In this document: in pieces, positions 40,956-50,779 of the stretch
Layout of the letters: each line of letters begins with the position of its first letter
Position numbering within the stretch: the first letter of the stretch is position 1
Assembly (NCBI GenBank): GCA_027021705.1
Contig: JALUTT010000117.1
Location: forward strand, 39,099 to 103,098
DNA from: Anaerolineae bacterium
GTDB lineage: Bacteria; Chloroflexota; Anaerolineae; S140-20
DNA length: 64,000 nucleotides
Direction: 5' to 3'
The notes under the pieces: model-generated
Told to the model about the DNA's origin: nothing
Seen by the model: only the letters and a program-made list of their open reading frames with translations
The model's database searches: none
Position numbers and translations under genes: made by a program

Positions 40956-41240
40956 TCAGTCGGTTTTTGAGCTCACACGGATCAGTTGTAGTCCATCGAA
41001 GTCCACTACCGTCCGCTGAGATGCTCCGGCGACCCGCATCTGCAGACGTTGCTCGTTGTTCGTGTTCCACGCCTGGAAGACGCTGCCGGTTCCTCTCGCC
41101 TTACAACACTTCTCCCACAACCGATCCCGCACCATCGCGTTGACGTGACCAACGAAGACGCCAGGATGCGGCTCGACCAGCCAGCGCGTTAGCTCACCCC
41201 GCAGCGAAGTCGGCACCCGTTCCAGGATCATCACGACCAT
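40956..41240 (-). CDS. cas2: Type I-E Cas2
   Basis: MVVMILERVPTSLRGELTRWLVE..PGVFVG, NNEQ, VDFDGLQL. Confidence 0.95.
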   Translation of the reverse strand: MVVMILERVPTSLRGELTRWLVEPHPGVFVGHVNAMVRDRLWEKCCKARGTGSVFQAWNTNNEQRLQMRVAGASQRTVVDFDGLQLIRVSSKTD

Positions 41241-42159
41241 CTCCCCCTCCTTCAACCTGCAGGCCGGACGGTGGAGACCAAAGGGGCTCCGGCCGCGCAG
41301 GATCGCTATCCGCCTCCCGCCCAGCCATCAAGACTTCCTCCGGCACATCCAATAGGTGCTCGATGTCCGGCAGGATGCGTTGTATCAACCGGTGCTCTTT
41401 GAAAGCATGCCTGCAGGCACGACGGACACGTGGTCCTAGCTCCTCCGTAGATTCGGCCACAATCCGAAAAGCCAGCGGAATGGTCACCTCCACCTTGTAC
41501 AGATCGGCGATGTCGTACACAAACGAGAGTTGCTTGCCCGTGTGGATGAAGCCGATGGCCGGCGAGTAGCCGCCCGAGACAATGGCCGCGTGACACAGCC
41601 CGTTGAGCAACGCATGGGCCATCGAAAGGGCTCGGTTCACCGGGTCGCCGCTGTTCCAGTTCCGCCGGTCGTACCGCCGCCCATGCCAGGGCACCCCGTA
41701 GGTCCGACTGGCCTCGGCATAGGCTTCGCGCACGCGCACCCCCTCGAGCCCCCGGATCTGCTCCAGGCTCAAGCCCGGGGCCAGCGACTCCTGGAAGCGA
41801 TACCGGTACATCCGCAGCACGACCTCTTTTCGCGTGCGCGGATCGCTGGCCAGCCGGGCCTGATGGAGCAGGTGGTACGCCCGCCGGGTTTCACCACCCC
41901 CTTGGGCATAGCACCGGGTACCCTCCTCGCCGCACCAGACGATCAGGCAGCCGTTGTTGGCCAACGCTCTGACGGCCGCATGGGTGATGGTGGTGCCCGG
42001 CCCGAGCATCAACACCCCCAGTGCAGCCGCCGGGATCATCGTGCGCCCGCTCGCATCCACGAACTCGACCGCTTTGTACCGCTGCTCGATGCGGCCATGC
42101 TCCAGGTAGAGGAAGGAAAGCCCATCCCGAAACTTGGGCAGTTCATGCAGATCGCGCAT
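41194..42159 (-). CDS. cas1: Type I-E Cas1
   Basis: LMLGPGTTITHAA, QIRGLEG.RVR, GFIHTG, SFVYDIADLYK. Confidence 0.97.
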   Translation of the reverse strand: MRDLHELPKFRDGLSFLYLEHGRIEQRYKAVEFVDASGRTMIPAAALGVLMLGPGTTITHAAVRALANNGCLIVWCGEEGTRCYAQGGGETRRAYHLLHQARLASDPRTRKEVVLRMYRYRFQESLAPGLSLEQIRGLEGVRVREAYAEASRTYGVPWHGRRYDRRNWNSGDPVNRALSMAHALLNGLCHAAIVSGGYSPAIGFIHTGKQLSFVYDIADLYKVEVTIPLAFRIVAESTEELGPRVRRACRHAFKEHRLIQRILPDIEHLLDVPEEVLMAGREADSDPARPEPLWSPPSGLQVEGGGDGRDDPGTGADFAAG

Positions 42160-42265
42160 CTTGCACCTCCTGAGACCCATAGATGCGGTTGTTAAGGTGC
42201 AAACCCGGGCTTGCACGTTACGGGGAACGGGGCGCCAGACCGCTCCCAGCACTCACCTCGCTCGA

Positions 42266-42907
42266 TCAGACCCTCGGACGGGCCAGGGAAAGCAGCCCGA
42301 AGCCCAGCGCCTTCCCGCTGCCGATGCCTCGGCGCACGGCCTCCCACAGCCGATCCGGATCGGTCACTTCCAAGAACCCATCGAACTGCACGGAGAGCAT
42401 CCGCAGCCGGTGGGTGGCCCCATCTCGATGGATTGTCCCCTCGACCAGCCGCTGCCCTCCGATCCGGGCCGCCAGGACCCGGAAACCAGCCTGCTCCGCC
42501 TTGCGCAGGAGCCACTCCCGTTGTTCTTCCTCCCTGTAGAGGCCCAGCCGCTTGCCGTTCCGCTTGACGGTCGGGTTAGCCCGCAGCCGGAAGACCAGCA
42601 CCTGACCGGGAGCCAGCCGCAGGTCGAAGGACTTGACCGCCGGGTTGGGCTCATCCACCGGCAAGAGGTAGCCTCGCGCTCCCGGCTCCGCCAGCCACGA
42701 CCAGTTGGGAAAGGTGTGCGACTGGACCAGGAGGACGAAGGCGTTCAGCCGGGGATGGTCCTCCAGCCGGAAGAGCACCCGCTCCTCCCCCGGCTCCAAG
42801 CGGTCGGGAAAGGCCCGCATCAGGCTGCGGTGCATCTGGTACAGGTCGGCTACCTCCCGCTGCACGCGGCGGTTGCGAGGGTTCAGGATCAGTCGGGAGA
42901 GATACAT
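42266..42907 (-). CDS. cas6e: Cas6e (Cse3/CasE)
   Basis: MYLSRL, YQMHR, FRLRANP, GIGSGKALGFGLLS Gly-rich loop. Confidence 0.96.
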   Translation of the reverse strand: MYLSRLILNPRNRRVQREVADLYQMHRSLMRAFPDRLEPGEERVLFRLEDHPRLNAFVLLVQSHTFPNWSWLAEPGARGYLLPVDEPNPAVKSFDLRLAPGQVLVFRLRANPTVKRNGKRLGLYREEEQREWLLRKAEQAGFRVLAARIGGQRLVEGTIHRDGATHRLRMLSVQFDGFLEVTDPDRLWEAVRRGIGSGKALGFGLLSLARPRV

Positions 42908-43587
42908 ATCCCTTCCTCCTCTTCTCTCAAAGGGGGAGCCGGGATGAACAGGGTCCGAACGTAACGGGGGGCAAACCGCCGATCATCGGGATCGAAGGAG
43001 AGGGGCTGATCCGGTCGCACCTCCGGCCCGTCCGGGTCCTCGATCACCAGCCGCACTTGCTGGGGACGCTTCTCCGGGTCACAGCCCAGCCAGGGGTAGG
43101 TGCGGAAGGCCGACATCAAGTCCTCGCCGGGCCGCAGGCCGTCCTTCAGCCAGACCGGCTCGCCGGGCACGAAGGCCCTGCGCCCCAGGTAGAGGGGCCA
43201 GACCGGGTTCCGCAGGGCAGCGTGGAGCCGGGCCAGCAGGTCCAGGTCCTCCCCCTCCAGCCCCACCAGGAAGCGGGCATCGGCCAGGTAGTAACGGGTG
43301 GAGACCACCAGGCGATCCTTGTCCACCCGCCCATCGGCCTTCAGGATGCCCCCTTTGCCGGCTGTGTGGAAGTCCCGCGCGATCACCCCTTCCTGGTCCA
43401 CCCGTACTCCCATCCGCAGCCCCGCCAGCTCGGCGATCGGCTCGTCCCGGCGACGCCCCTGGGCGGCGCAGAGCAACCCCACCACGCCGCTCTTGGAGGG
43501 CTCCAAGCCGGTATCCCGCTCGGTGAAGCGGCTCTGCACCCCCCACGACTGCATCGGGCCGACCAGGCGCAGGAGCAGGACGTTCAT
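42889..43587 (-). CDS. cas5e: Cas5e (CasD)
   Basis: LRLVGPMQSWG, PSKSGVVGLLCAA.G, RYYLADA, LYLGRR. Confidence 0.96.
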   Translation of the reverse strand: MNVLLLRLVGPMQSWGVQSRFTERDTGLEPSKSGVVGLLCAAQGRRRDEPIAELAGLRMGVRVDQEGVIARDFHTAGKGGILKADGRVDKDRLVVSTRYYLADARFLVGLEGEDLDLLARLHAALRNPVWPLYLGRRAFVPGEPVWLKDGLRPGEDLMSAFRTYPWLGCDPEKRPQQVRLVIEDPDGPEVRPDQPLSFDPDDRRFAPRYVRTLFIPAPPLREEEEGICISPD

Positions 43588-44708
43588 GCCACCGCCTCCT
43601 CCGCCGGCAACGCCTCCACCACGGCCCGCACCCATGCCTCCAGGTCCGCCACCTGGGCCTCCTTCAGGTGATCCAGCGGCAGATCGGGGTCTAGCGCCAG
43701 GGCAGCGGTGCGGATCAGGGTGTCGGTGCCGTAGACGCGACAGAGCTGCCCCCAGTAGGCATCCAGTGCCGCCACCGAGGGGGTCACCAGCCCGGAATCC
43801 CGACTTGGCCGGACCGGGCGCTCGAAGGCGTTGACCAGCGACCAGCCCATCCCATCCCGGCGGACGACGGCGAGCAGGAAACTGGGCGGGTTGTGGGCGG
43901 CGAAGGCGTTCTGCTTGCCGGAGGGGACGGCAGCGACAGCAGCTCGGAGGAACGCCTCAACGGTACGTTGGGCCAACGCCTTGTCATCGTTGAGGTTTTT
44001 CACCAACTGATCCCAATCCACGCGGGCATACCGGTAGAAGCAGGCGCTGTTGAAGCCGGTGAACCCCATCATCCCCGCCCCGGTCTCCTCCTCTCGGGAG
44101 AGGTCGTCCACAGCGGTGAAGAAGTCCATCTCCATCGCGACCCGATGGGTGGAAATGGCGTGGGCCACTTGGCAGGCGGCCTCCAGGTTGAGCTCCGGCT
44201 TCTCGGCCAGCATGCGGCCAAAGAGGGCGATGTCGGGCGCACCGGTGTGGCCTTTGTGGGCTTTGATGAGGTCTTTGACCAGCTTCTTCATCACCCTCTC
44301 GTCCGAGAGGCGATCCCAGTTGTCGAGCAGAGCCTGCACGATGTCGGCGATCTCGCCCCGGCTGAGATAGAACAGGACCTTGGTGCGTTGGCCGTCTTTG
44401 TCCAAACCGCCGGCATACTGCGGGACGAATTCCTGCAGAATGGCGGTAGCCTCCTCCTCAGGCTTCCCGGCCTCGACCAGGTGACCCCTCAGGAGGCGGA
44501 CGAGCCAGCGGGTGCGGGTACCCACGGCCACCCTGGTGGTCTCGGTGAAGACAGGCGAGGTGCGGATGGCCCGCTTGATGCACTGGGAGGAGATGCGGGC
44601 CCGGCGGACACCGCCGAACTCGCAGTCCTTGGGGTTGTTGGTGTCGTCCCGGTTCAGGTTGGCCGGGGCGAAGTTCTGGATCATATGCACTTCGATGTAC
44701 ATCTTCAT
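43584..44708 (-). CDS. cas7e: Cas7e (Cse4/CasC)
   Basis: NLNRDD..NPK, RARISSQCIKRAIR, IALFGRM, DFFTAVDD, PSGKQN. Confidence 0.96.
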   Translation of the reverse strand: MKMYIEVHMIQNFAPANLNRDDTNNPKDCEFGGVRRARISSQCIKRAIRTSPVFTETTRVAVGTRTRWLVRLLRGHLVEAGKPEEEATAILQEFVPQYAGGLDKDGQRTKVLFYLSRGEIADIVQALLDNWDRLSDERVMKKLVKDLIKAHKGHTGAPDIALFGRMLAEKPELNLEAACQVAHAISTHRVAMEMDFFTAVDDLSREEETGAGMMGFTGFNSACFYRYARVDWDQLVKNLNDDKALAQRTVEAFLRAAVAAVPSGKQNAFAAHNPPSFLLAVVRRDGMGWSLVNAFERPVRPSRDSGLVTPSVAALDAYWGQLCRVYGTDTLIRTAALALDPDLPLDHLKEAQVADLEAWVRAVVEALPAEEAVA

Positions 44709-45211
44709 CCCTCCTTTGTCCTCTGGTTCTGGGTGGAGCGGCCCCAGAAGGCGCTCGCCCACTGCCGCTGTACATATCGGTCTGGGTGCCCCCAGGCCAG
44801 CACGTCTTGTAACAGTTGATGCCAGTTGATCGGCACCTCCTTCGATCTGAGGAAACCGACCGCCTGCCGCAGGTAGACGTCCAAGTCGTCTGGGTGAGCG
44901 GCCAGGAGGACGGTGAACCGCCGCTCGATGGCGGTGTTTTCCCCCTGGGGATCCCGGGCCTGGGCAAAGTGATGGCCCATATTGCCGACGCCCCCGGGGG
45001 CAGGGTGGTAGGCGAAGAGGGAGGCAATGAGGTAGTAGGCCCTTTCCTTCCAGGGGGTGTCGTCTGAAAGCCACGGGACCACGTAGGGGTACATCTCGGC
45101 GACGGTGCCGGGCGGCCGGCCCAGCCCGCGCCGGAGGGCGGCCAGCGCGGCTCGGTCCTCGCGCTCACGCAAGCCCTCCAGGTAGGCGACGAACGATTGC
45201 TCTTTTGTCAT
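44705..45211 (-). CDS. casB: Cse2 (CasB/Cas11)
   Basis: AALAALRRGLG, IERRFTVLL, INWHQLLQD, QWASAFW; position in the operon. Confidence 0.93.
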   Translation of the reverse strand: MTKEQSFVAYLEGLREREDRAALAALRRGLGRPPGTVAEMYPYVVPWLSDDTPWKERAYYLIASLFAYHPAPGGVGNMGHHFAQARDPQGENTAIERRFTVLLAAHPDDLDVYLRQAVGFLRSKEVPINWHQLLQDVLAWGHPDRYVQRQWASAFWGRSTQNQRTKEG

Positions 45212-45234
45212 CAGAACCTCCTTCGCTCCTCGCA

Positions 45235-46755
45235 TCACGACTCGGGCAACACCTTGAGGAGGCCGGCGGCCAGTTTCCCACGGGCGCGGACCACCGCCTT
45301 GAGGGCGCGGGGATCGTGGCTCAGGCCGTCGGCCACTCGCTCGAAGGCCCTCCAAGCCGTCTGCCGCAGCACCTGGCGCCACACCTCCAGCGCTCCCTCC
45401 TCCTCCTTCGGCAAGGACTCCACCAGCGTGCGGAAAGGGAGCTCCAGCCGGGACCAGTAGAACCGGTCTACGGCCCACTGGTTCATCAGCCTATCCAGCT
45501 CCTTCCGATCCGGTTGGCGGCCCTCTTGCGCATCGGCCTCGGGCGAGAGGAGGAGAGTCGCCAACGTGCGCACCGCCCCCCAGAGCTGACGGGAGGCCCC
45601 TTCGGCCATCTCCAGCGCCTCGCTCAACCCCTCCACCAACGCCGGCTCCCGCAGGTAGCGCAGCGGCAGAGGCATCCGCTCGCTGCGGTAGAAGTGGACC
45701 TTGGCCTGGCCGGGCACGCTAGACATTCCCATCGCCAAATAACGGCGAGTCTGCGAAGGGTCCAAGTAACCCTCTTCAATTAGCGTAGCCAGCCAGTAGA
45801 AAGCGAGTGGCGGACGATACCCCTCACTCCGCAACTGAAAGAGGGCCGCGCTGTCCCGCCACAAGGCTCGCTCCGCAGTAAACAAGAGCGGCAGCGGCCC
45901 GCGTTTCTTGTCTTGGAAGTAGTGTTTCATCGGATCAAGAACGCCAGGGGCCAAACGTAAGGCTGGAGCCATCGTTGCCTTTCGCACGATAATATCACCG
46001 CCGGTTCCTTCGGGTAGCAGTAAGATGCGCCGGTTCTGCCAGGTGAGATAGTCCAGATACCCGTATGGTTTGGCGCGATCAGGCGTAAAGGGATCTTCCA
46101 TCTCCCACGCCGGACGATCCTTAGACGGATCATCCCCTATCATGTCCCTAGGGGGGCGTATCAGGTTGAGAGCTAGGGTTTCGAACAATGTCCTACCTTG
46201 TACTAGGAAAATGACGCCACGCGCCCAGGGAGCATCGGTGAATTGCATCGTTGGGCCTTTCGTCCCGCACAGCCCAAACGCCTGCACAGTGACAAGCACC
46301 CGTGCGGCCTGCGCCGGGCTAAGAGCGATACCTTCTACCTCAGTATGGTGGTCGAACAGAGTAGGATTGTTGCCGGAGGCGACCTCGTGGATCAAGCGGT
46401 TGAGCGGTTTGGGCTTCACCCGCTCGTCGGGAGCCTGGTAGAAGGGCCTCTCCGGATGGAAGAGGTCGAACCGATCGCGCCAGCGGTTCAGGTAGTCGTC
46501 CAACCGGGCCGGGTCCCAGCGGCCCGCCTCCCAGAGACGGCCCCACTCACCGAGGGAATCCGGTCCGAAGACGCGGTGCAGCACGGCCAGGAGCAGCCGG
46601 TGGAGCGCTGCCGTCACCAGGGGGGATTCCCCGTGGATCTCGCGCAGTTCGTGGGCCTGGGCCAGGGCGTCCCGCAGCCCCAACTCCACCAGCGTTCCAT
46701 CGGCTCTCAGACAGGGGATCCAGGGGGAACGTAGCAAGTCGAAGGACGGGTTCAT
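45235..46755 (-). CDS. casA: Cse1 (CasA/Cas8e)
   Basis: FDLLRSPWIP, RFDLFHPERPFYQ, LFDH, GRTLFETLALN, YLTWQNRRILL, ALWRD. Confidence 0.94.
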   Translation of the reverse strand: MNPSFDLLRSPWIPCLRADGTLVELGLRDALAQAHELREIHGESPLVTAALHRLLLAVLHRVFGPDSLGEWGRLWEAGRWDPARLDDYLNRWRDRFDLFHPERPFYQAPDERVKPKPLNRLIHEVASGNNPTLFDHHTEVEGIALSPAQAARVLVTVQAFGLCGTKGPTMQFTDAPWARGVIFLVQGRTLFETLALNLIRPPRDMIGDDPSKDRPAWEMEDPFTPDRAKPYGYLDYLTWQNRRILLLPEGTGGDIIVRKATMAPALRLAPGVLDPMKHYFQDKKRGPLPLLFTAERALWRDSAALFQLRSEGYRPPLAFYWLATLIEEGYLDPSQTRRYLAMGMSSVPGQAKVHFYRSERMPLPLRYLREPALVEGLSEALEMAEGASRQLWGAVRTLATLLLSPEADAQEGRQPDRKELDRLMNQWAVDRFYWSRLELPFRTLVESLPKEEEGALEVWRQVLRQTAWRAFERVADGLSHDPRALKAVVRARGKLAAGLLKVLPES

Positions 46756-49700
46756 TCCACCTCCTTTTCGATCGTCAAGCCCAGTTCTCGGCTCAGCCGG
46801 AGCGCGTAGCGGGTGTCGGGGAGCGAGCAGAGGCCGTCTTCGAAGATGAGCACCCGATGGTGGCGTAGCAGAGGGTGGTCGCGCCATCCAGAGGGACCCG
46901 GCTGTTTCAGGAGATGCTGCACAACCCCTTGATGGGTGATCCTAAGTGTATACTGCCCCACCAGCCGTGTCAACCCCCGATCGGGCTCCTGATCCAGGTC
47001 CACCGCCGGTCCACTCCCGTCCGGCTCTAGGGTCAGTCCGACGGCCGTGCGGTGCAGGCAGACGACGGGCAGGCCGGGAGGGCCGGAGCGGGTGAGGGCC
47101 TGGAAAGCCCGATGGACCTCGGGGTTCTCCTCCTCCAGCAGCGCGGTGGTGCTGGCAAGAAGCCCCTCATCGTCGGGGGGAGGGATGAGGCGTTTTTGGG
47201 CCTCGTAGACCCCCTCTTGGTAGTGTTTCTCCATCCGCTGCCGAGCCTCCTCCAGTGCGTCCGCGATCCTATCCGGCAGGTCTGAGGGCAGACCGTCTTC
47301 GTCGCCATAGACGGCCTCGATCAGCGGCTCGGTGTCCTGGGGAAGGACCAACCCCTTCCGCCTCTGAAGGGCCAGGAAGGTGCGCAGCAGGACGTAGGGT
47401 TCGTACACGTAGGCATCCGGCCCGAAGTGGGGAACACCGTCCTGGACGTCAGGGCGGGCGATCAGGAGGCGGGGCGCGGTGAGGGGAGCAGGTCGCCCCT
47501 CCCGGGGGTGGCGATGCAGCCGTCCGGCCCGCTGGAGCAAGAGGTCGGCGGGGGCCAGGTCGGTGATCATCAGGTCGAAGTCCAGGTCCAGGCTCTGCTC
47601 GATCACCTGGGTGGCGACGACGATGGCCTTGGCAGGCCGCTTCCCATCTTTGCCGAAGCGGTCGAGGACTTTCCGCTCGATCTCGTCCCGCCAGGCGGAG
47701 GGGTAACGGGCGTGGAAGAGGATCAAGTCCTCCTCCGGCACGATGCGGGCCTCCTTGATCGCCCGATAGACCTCTTGAGCCCGCCGGACCGTATTGCAAA
47801 GGACGGCGGCACACCCTCCTTCGCGCAGCTCCTCGGCCAGGCGACGGGCAAGGGCCTCGGGCTCCCGCTCGACCCACTCCAGCGCGATGGTGCGACCATC
47901 CGTCGCCTCCAACGGCACGACGCCGATCTCTCCCTCCATCGCCCAGGTGATGGCCGGGTAGGAGACTTCGGGCACCTCGGAGACACCGGCATAGGCCCGG
48001 AGCAGTTCGCGCCGGGCGCGGGCAGGGAGCGTGGCCGAGAGGATGACGACGGAAGCGCCGACGGCCCGCAGCCAGGTCAGCAGCCGCCGGAACAGGGTGG
48101 ACATATAGGTGTCGTAGGCGTGGACTTCGTCGAAGACGACGGTCTTGTGGCTGAGGCCGAAGAGGCGGACGAAGAAGTGGCGGGTTTGGAGCACGCTCAG
48201 CAGGGCCTGGTCCACCGTGCCGACGCCAAAGGGGGCCAGCAGGGTACGCTTGCGGGGGAGGAACCAGGTCAGCGCGGCTACTTTGCCCTCGTCGCCCTCC
48301 TCCAGCTCGTCGGTGGTCTCCAGGAGCAGCGTCTCCACCTCCTCCGACCAGCGGGCCTGGCTGTGGACCAGGTGGAGGTTGACCAGGCGGTCTGGATAGC
48401 GTCGGACCAGCACCTCCTTCACGCGGCGGAAGATCTGGTTGCTGGTGGCCATCGTGGGCATGGCGACGTAGAGGCCCCGCTGCTGGAGGACCCGCGCCCA
48501 GTGATCGGCCAGGTAGAGGGCAGCTTCCGTCTTGCCGCTGCCTGTTGGGGCCTCGATGATGACCAGGGCGGGGCGGTTCAGCCGTTTCGCCAGCTCCACG
48601 ACCGCCTGCTGCATTGGACGGGGCTTCAGTTGGAAGAGTCGGTCGAACGAGGCAGGCTCTGCGGGCGGCTGCCACCCAAGCCATCCCAGCGCCTTCAGCG
48701 CCTCTCGGGCCTGCTCTTCCGCCTGCTCCGTGTAGCGGTCGAGGTCAACCGGCGGGTCCACGTAGGGGAAGAACCGCTCCATCGAGCCGATCCAGTCGGC
48801 GACGGTGGTGAGGCCGGAGAGGAGGGTCAGCACAGCCTGCTCCTTCTTCGGAGAGGTCTCCAACCCCTTCACAGCGGGCGGCTTGAGCTGTTGGGTCATC
48901 GCACGCACCAGATCGCGCCGGACCTCATCCCATCCCTCTCCCCCCACCTGTTTCGAGAGGAGGCGCTGCAACGCGAGGGACGAAGGCCAGGCCCCGTGGT
49001 GGCCGCCCACGCTTCGGGCGAGCCGCCGGGCCGGACGGCGGGGCAGACCGATCTCGGCTTCCAGGAGGTCTCCCAGGACGTGCGCGGAGATCGTTCCGTG
49101 GGGAGGGTGTTTGGCCGTGAACTGGCGAGGGAAGGGGAGACCGTCACGCTCCAGCGGCTTGACGGCGGGGGAATACAGCCGCTGGAAGGCGGGGCTGGCC
49201 TTGCCGATGTCATGCAGGCCGGCCAGGAGGGCGAGGAACCGCCCGGCCTCTCCGACACCCAGGCCCATTGAGGTGGCGATCTGGTCACGAAGACCGGCGG
49301 TGAGGGCCTCATCCCACAGCGCCAAGGCCACCACGGCCACATCGAGCATGTGGCAGATGAGGGGATGGGTGCGGGCCTTGCCCTTGTCGGCCTTGGCCCA
49401 CAACCGCTGGTAGGTCGGTATGGGCTGGATGCCGTAGAGGTCCGCCATTCTCTGGACCTCGTTCATCAGCGCATCCCGCAGCTCCTCCGGCGCTATGACC
49501 TCCACGTCCGCCCCCCAGCCTCGGATCCAGGGGAGCATCTCCTGCGGCTCGGCCACCCGGGCCCGCCAGAGCAAGCTCCCGTCCGGCTGCTCCTTCACCT
49601 GCTCGGACCGATGCCAGCGGGTCTCACGCACCCGATGGGCCACTCGCGGGTGGAAGCGGAGGACGACTTCCACAGGCTCCCTCTCGGTGTACCAGATGCC

Positions 49701-50402
49701 CCAGGCGTCGGCCAGATGTTGGCGGGGGTCGAAGTCGGGGGCGATCTCGTAGGACTCGTCCAGCTTCTCAATGCGCCGAATGCGCTCGATCTTGAACGTG
49801 CGCAGCGCTCCCGGTGGCTCCCGCCAGCCGATGACGTGAGTCGTCCGCCCCACCGGGTAGGGTTCGATGAAGTAGGGAGCGAAGACGTACTCGTAGACCT
49901 GCTTCGTCTCCTCGTGCCAGTGCCATATCCGCACCTTCCGCCGCTCGGACCAGGCGCGGGTCAGCGTTTCCAGCACCTGCATGTACACCGGATCGTCACG
50001 GCGGGCTGCTTCGTCCATCACATCGGCGGAGCGCTTCAGGTGCTCGCTGATCAGAGGGGCCAGCTTTTCCAGGGCGATCCCCAGCTTGCGCAGGGCCGAG
50101 GCGGCGTGGGGATTATGCCGGTCGGTGCGGGTCGCCATCATCCGGGCTGCCAGGTGAAGGGCCATCGCCTCGTGGAGGGTGAAACGGACCTGGGTCAGGT
50201 AGTGATCCCGATCTATGGCCAGCCGTCCATCATCGGTCTCGTAGACGGCGAAGCGATCGAGGTCGGGCAGGTAGCGGTGGATGGTCGAACGGTGTACCTC
50301 CAGGCGTCGGGCGATCTCCGCCTGGGTAAGCCCCTCCGGATGGGCCAGCAGGAGCGCTTCGATCTGCAACAGCCGTTCGGCCTTTCCGACAGCTCTCGCC
50401 AT
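46752..50402 (-). CDS. cas3: HTH-WYL-WCX regulator fused to Cas3 (HD nuclease plus SF2 helicase), 1216 aa
   Basis: About aa 1-325: HTH (LTQAEIARRLEVHRSTIHRYL), WYL (PYFIEPY, LRTFKIERI), WCX (WIRGWGADVEVIAPEELR). Then LWAK, HMLD, HDIGK, HHG, ADWIGS (HD) and APTGSGKTE, DEVH, SAT, QRAGRLHRH (helicase) in one continuous ORF. Confidence 0.93.
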   Translation of the reverse strand: MARAVGKAERLLQIEALLLAHPEGLTQAEIARRLEVHRSTIHRYLPDLDRFAVYETDDGRLAIDRDHYLTQVRFTLHEAMALHLAARMMATRTDRHNPHAASALRKLGIALEKLAPLISEHLKRSADVMDEAARRDDPVYMQVLETLTRAWSERRKVRIWHWHEETKQVYEYVFAPYFIEPYPVGRTTHVIGWREPPGALRTFKIERIRRIEKLDESYEIAPDFDPRQHLADAWGIWYTEREPVEVVLRFHPRVAHRVRETRWHRSEQVKEQPDGSLLWRARVAEPQEMLPWIRGWGADVEVIAPEELRDALMNEVQRMADLYGIQPIPTYQRLWAKADKGKARTHPLICHMLDVAVVALALWDEALTAGLRDQIATSMGLGVGEAGRFLALLAGLHDIGKASPAFQRLYSPAVKPLERDGLPFPRQFTAKHPPHGTISAHVLGDLLEAEIGLPRRPARRLARSVGGHHGAWPSSLALQRLLSKQVGGEGWDEVRRDLVRAMTQQLKPPAVKGLETSPKKEQAVLTLLSGLTTVADWIGSMERFFPYVDPPVDLDRYTEQAEEQAREALKALGWLGWQPPAEPASFDRLFQLKPRPMQQAVVELAKRLNRPALVIIEAPTGSGKTEAALYLADHWARVLQQRGLYVAMPTMATSNQIFRRVKEVLVRRYPDRLVNLHLVHSQARWSEEVETLLLETTDELEEGDEGKVAALTWFLPRKRTLLAPFGVGTVDQALLSVLQTRHFFVRLFGLSHKTVVFDEVHAYDTYMSTLFRRLLTWLRAVGASVVILSATLPARARRELLRAYAGVSEVPEVSYPAITWAMEGEIGVVPLEATDGRTIALEWVEREPEALARRLAEELREGGCAAVLCNTVRRAQEVYRAIKEARIVPEEDLILFHARYPSAWRDEIERKVLDRFGKDGKRPAKAIVVATQVIEQSLDLDFDLMITDLAPADLLLQRAGRLHRHPREGRPAPLTAPRLLIARPDVQDGVPHFGPDAYVYEPYVLLRTFLALQRRKGLVLPQDTEPLIEAVYGDEDGLPSDLPDRIADALEEARQRMEKHYQEGVYEAQKRLIPPPDDEGLLASTTALLEEENPEVHRAFQALTRSGPPGLPVVCLHRTAVGLTLEPDGSGPAVDLDQEPDRGLTRLVGQYTLRITHQGVVQHLLKQPGPSGWRDHPLLRHHRVLIFEDGLCSLPDTRYALRLSRELGLTIEKEVE

Positions 50403-50501
50403 AAGCTCACTCTCCTTTCTGAGGACTGCGCATCCTTGTTGCCAGGCACCCCCATTATACCATCAGTACCCACGGAATTCCGCAACAGGTGAGCAGGAAT
50501 T

Positions 50502-50714
50502 TCACTTCTTGCGCCTGCGAAACAGGCTCAGGAACCCTCTCTCGTCCTCCATCAGCAGCGTGCCCCGCTCCTCCAACGCCGGCAGGTCCCGTTGCACCGT
50601 CGAGCGGGGAACCCCGAGCAACCGTGCCAGATGGCTGGGACGGATACCGTCGGGGTATTCGGGGATCAGCTCCTCGTAGCGGTCCAGGCGTGCGCTGTTC
50701 GGTTTGCGCCCCAT
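50502..50714 (-). CDS. Small winged-HTH protein, paralogous to the HTH of the WYL-Cas3
   Basis: PDGIRPSHLARLLGVPRSTVQRDLPALE...EDERGFL vs PEGLTQAEIARRLEVHRSTIHRYLPDLD...ETDDGRL; SD GGAGGTGG. Confidence 0.8.
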   Translation of the reverse strand: MGRKPNSARLDRYEELIPEYPDGIRPSHLARLLGVPRSTVQRDLPALEERGTLLMEDERGFLSLFRRRKK

Positions 50715-50758
50715 TGTCCACCTCCATCGGTCGGATTTGCCTCCATCCTACCGATGGG

Positions 50759-50779
50759 GTGTTGCACCTACCGCAACAC
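50759..50779. promoter_or_regulatory. Candidate operator palindrome
   Basis: GTGTTGC-N7-GCAACAC about 45 bp upstream of the small HTH start. Confidence 0.45.

Noticed and set aside
36046..41019. Many overlapping ORFs with FTPTCVGKR / GSPPRVWGN / VHPHVCGET repeats
   Set aside because: These are translations of the CRISPR repeat, not proteins.
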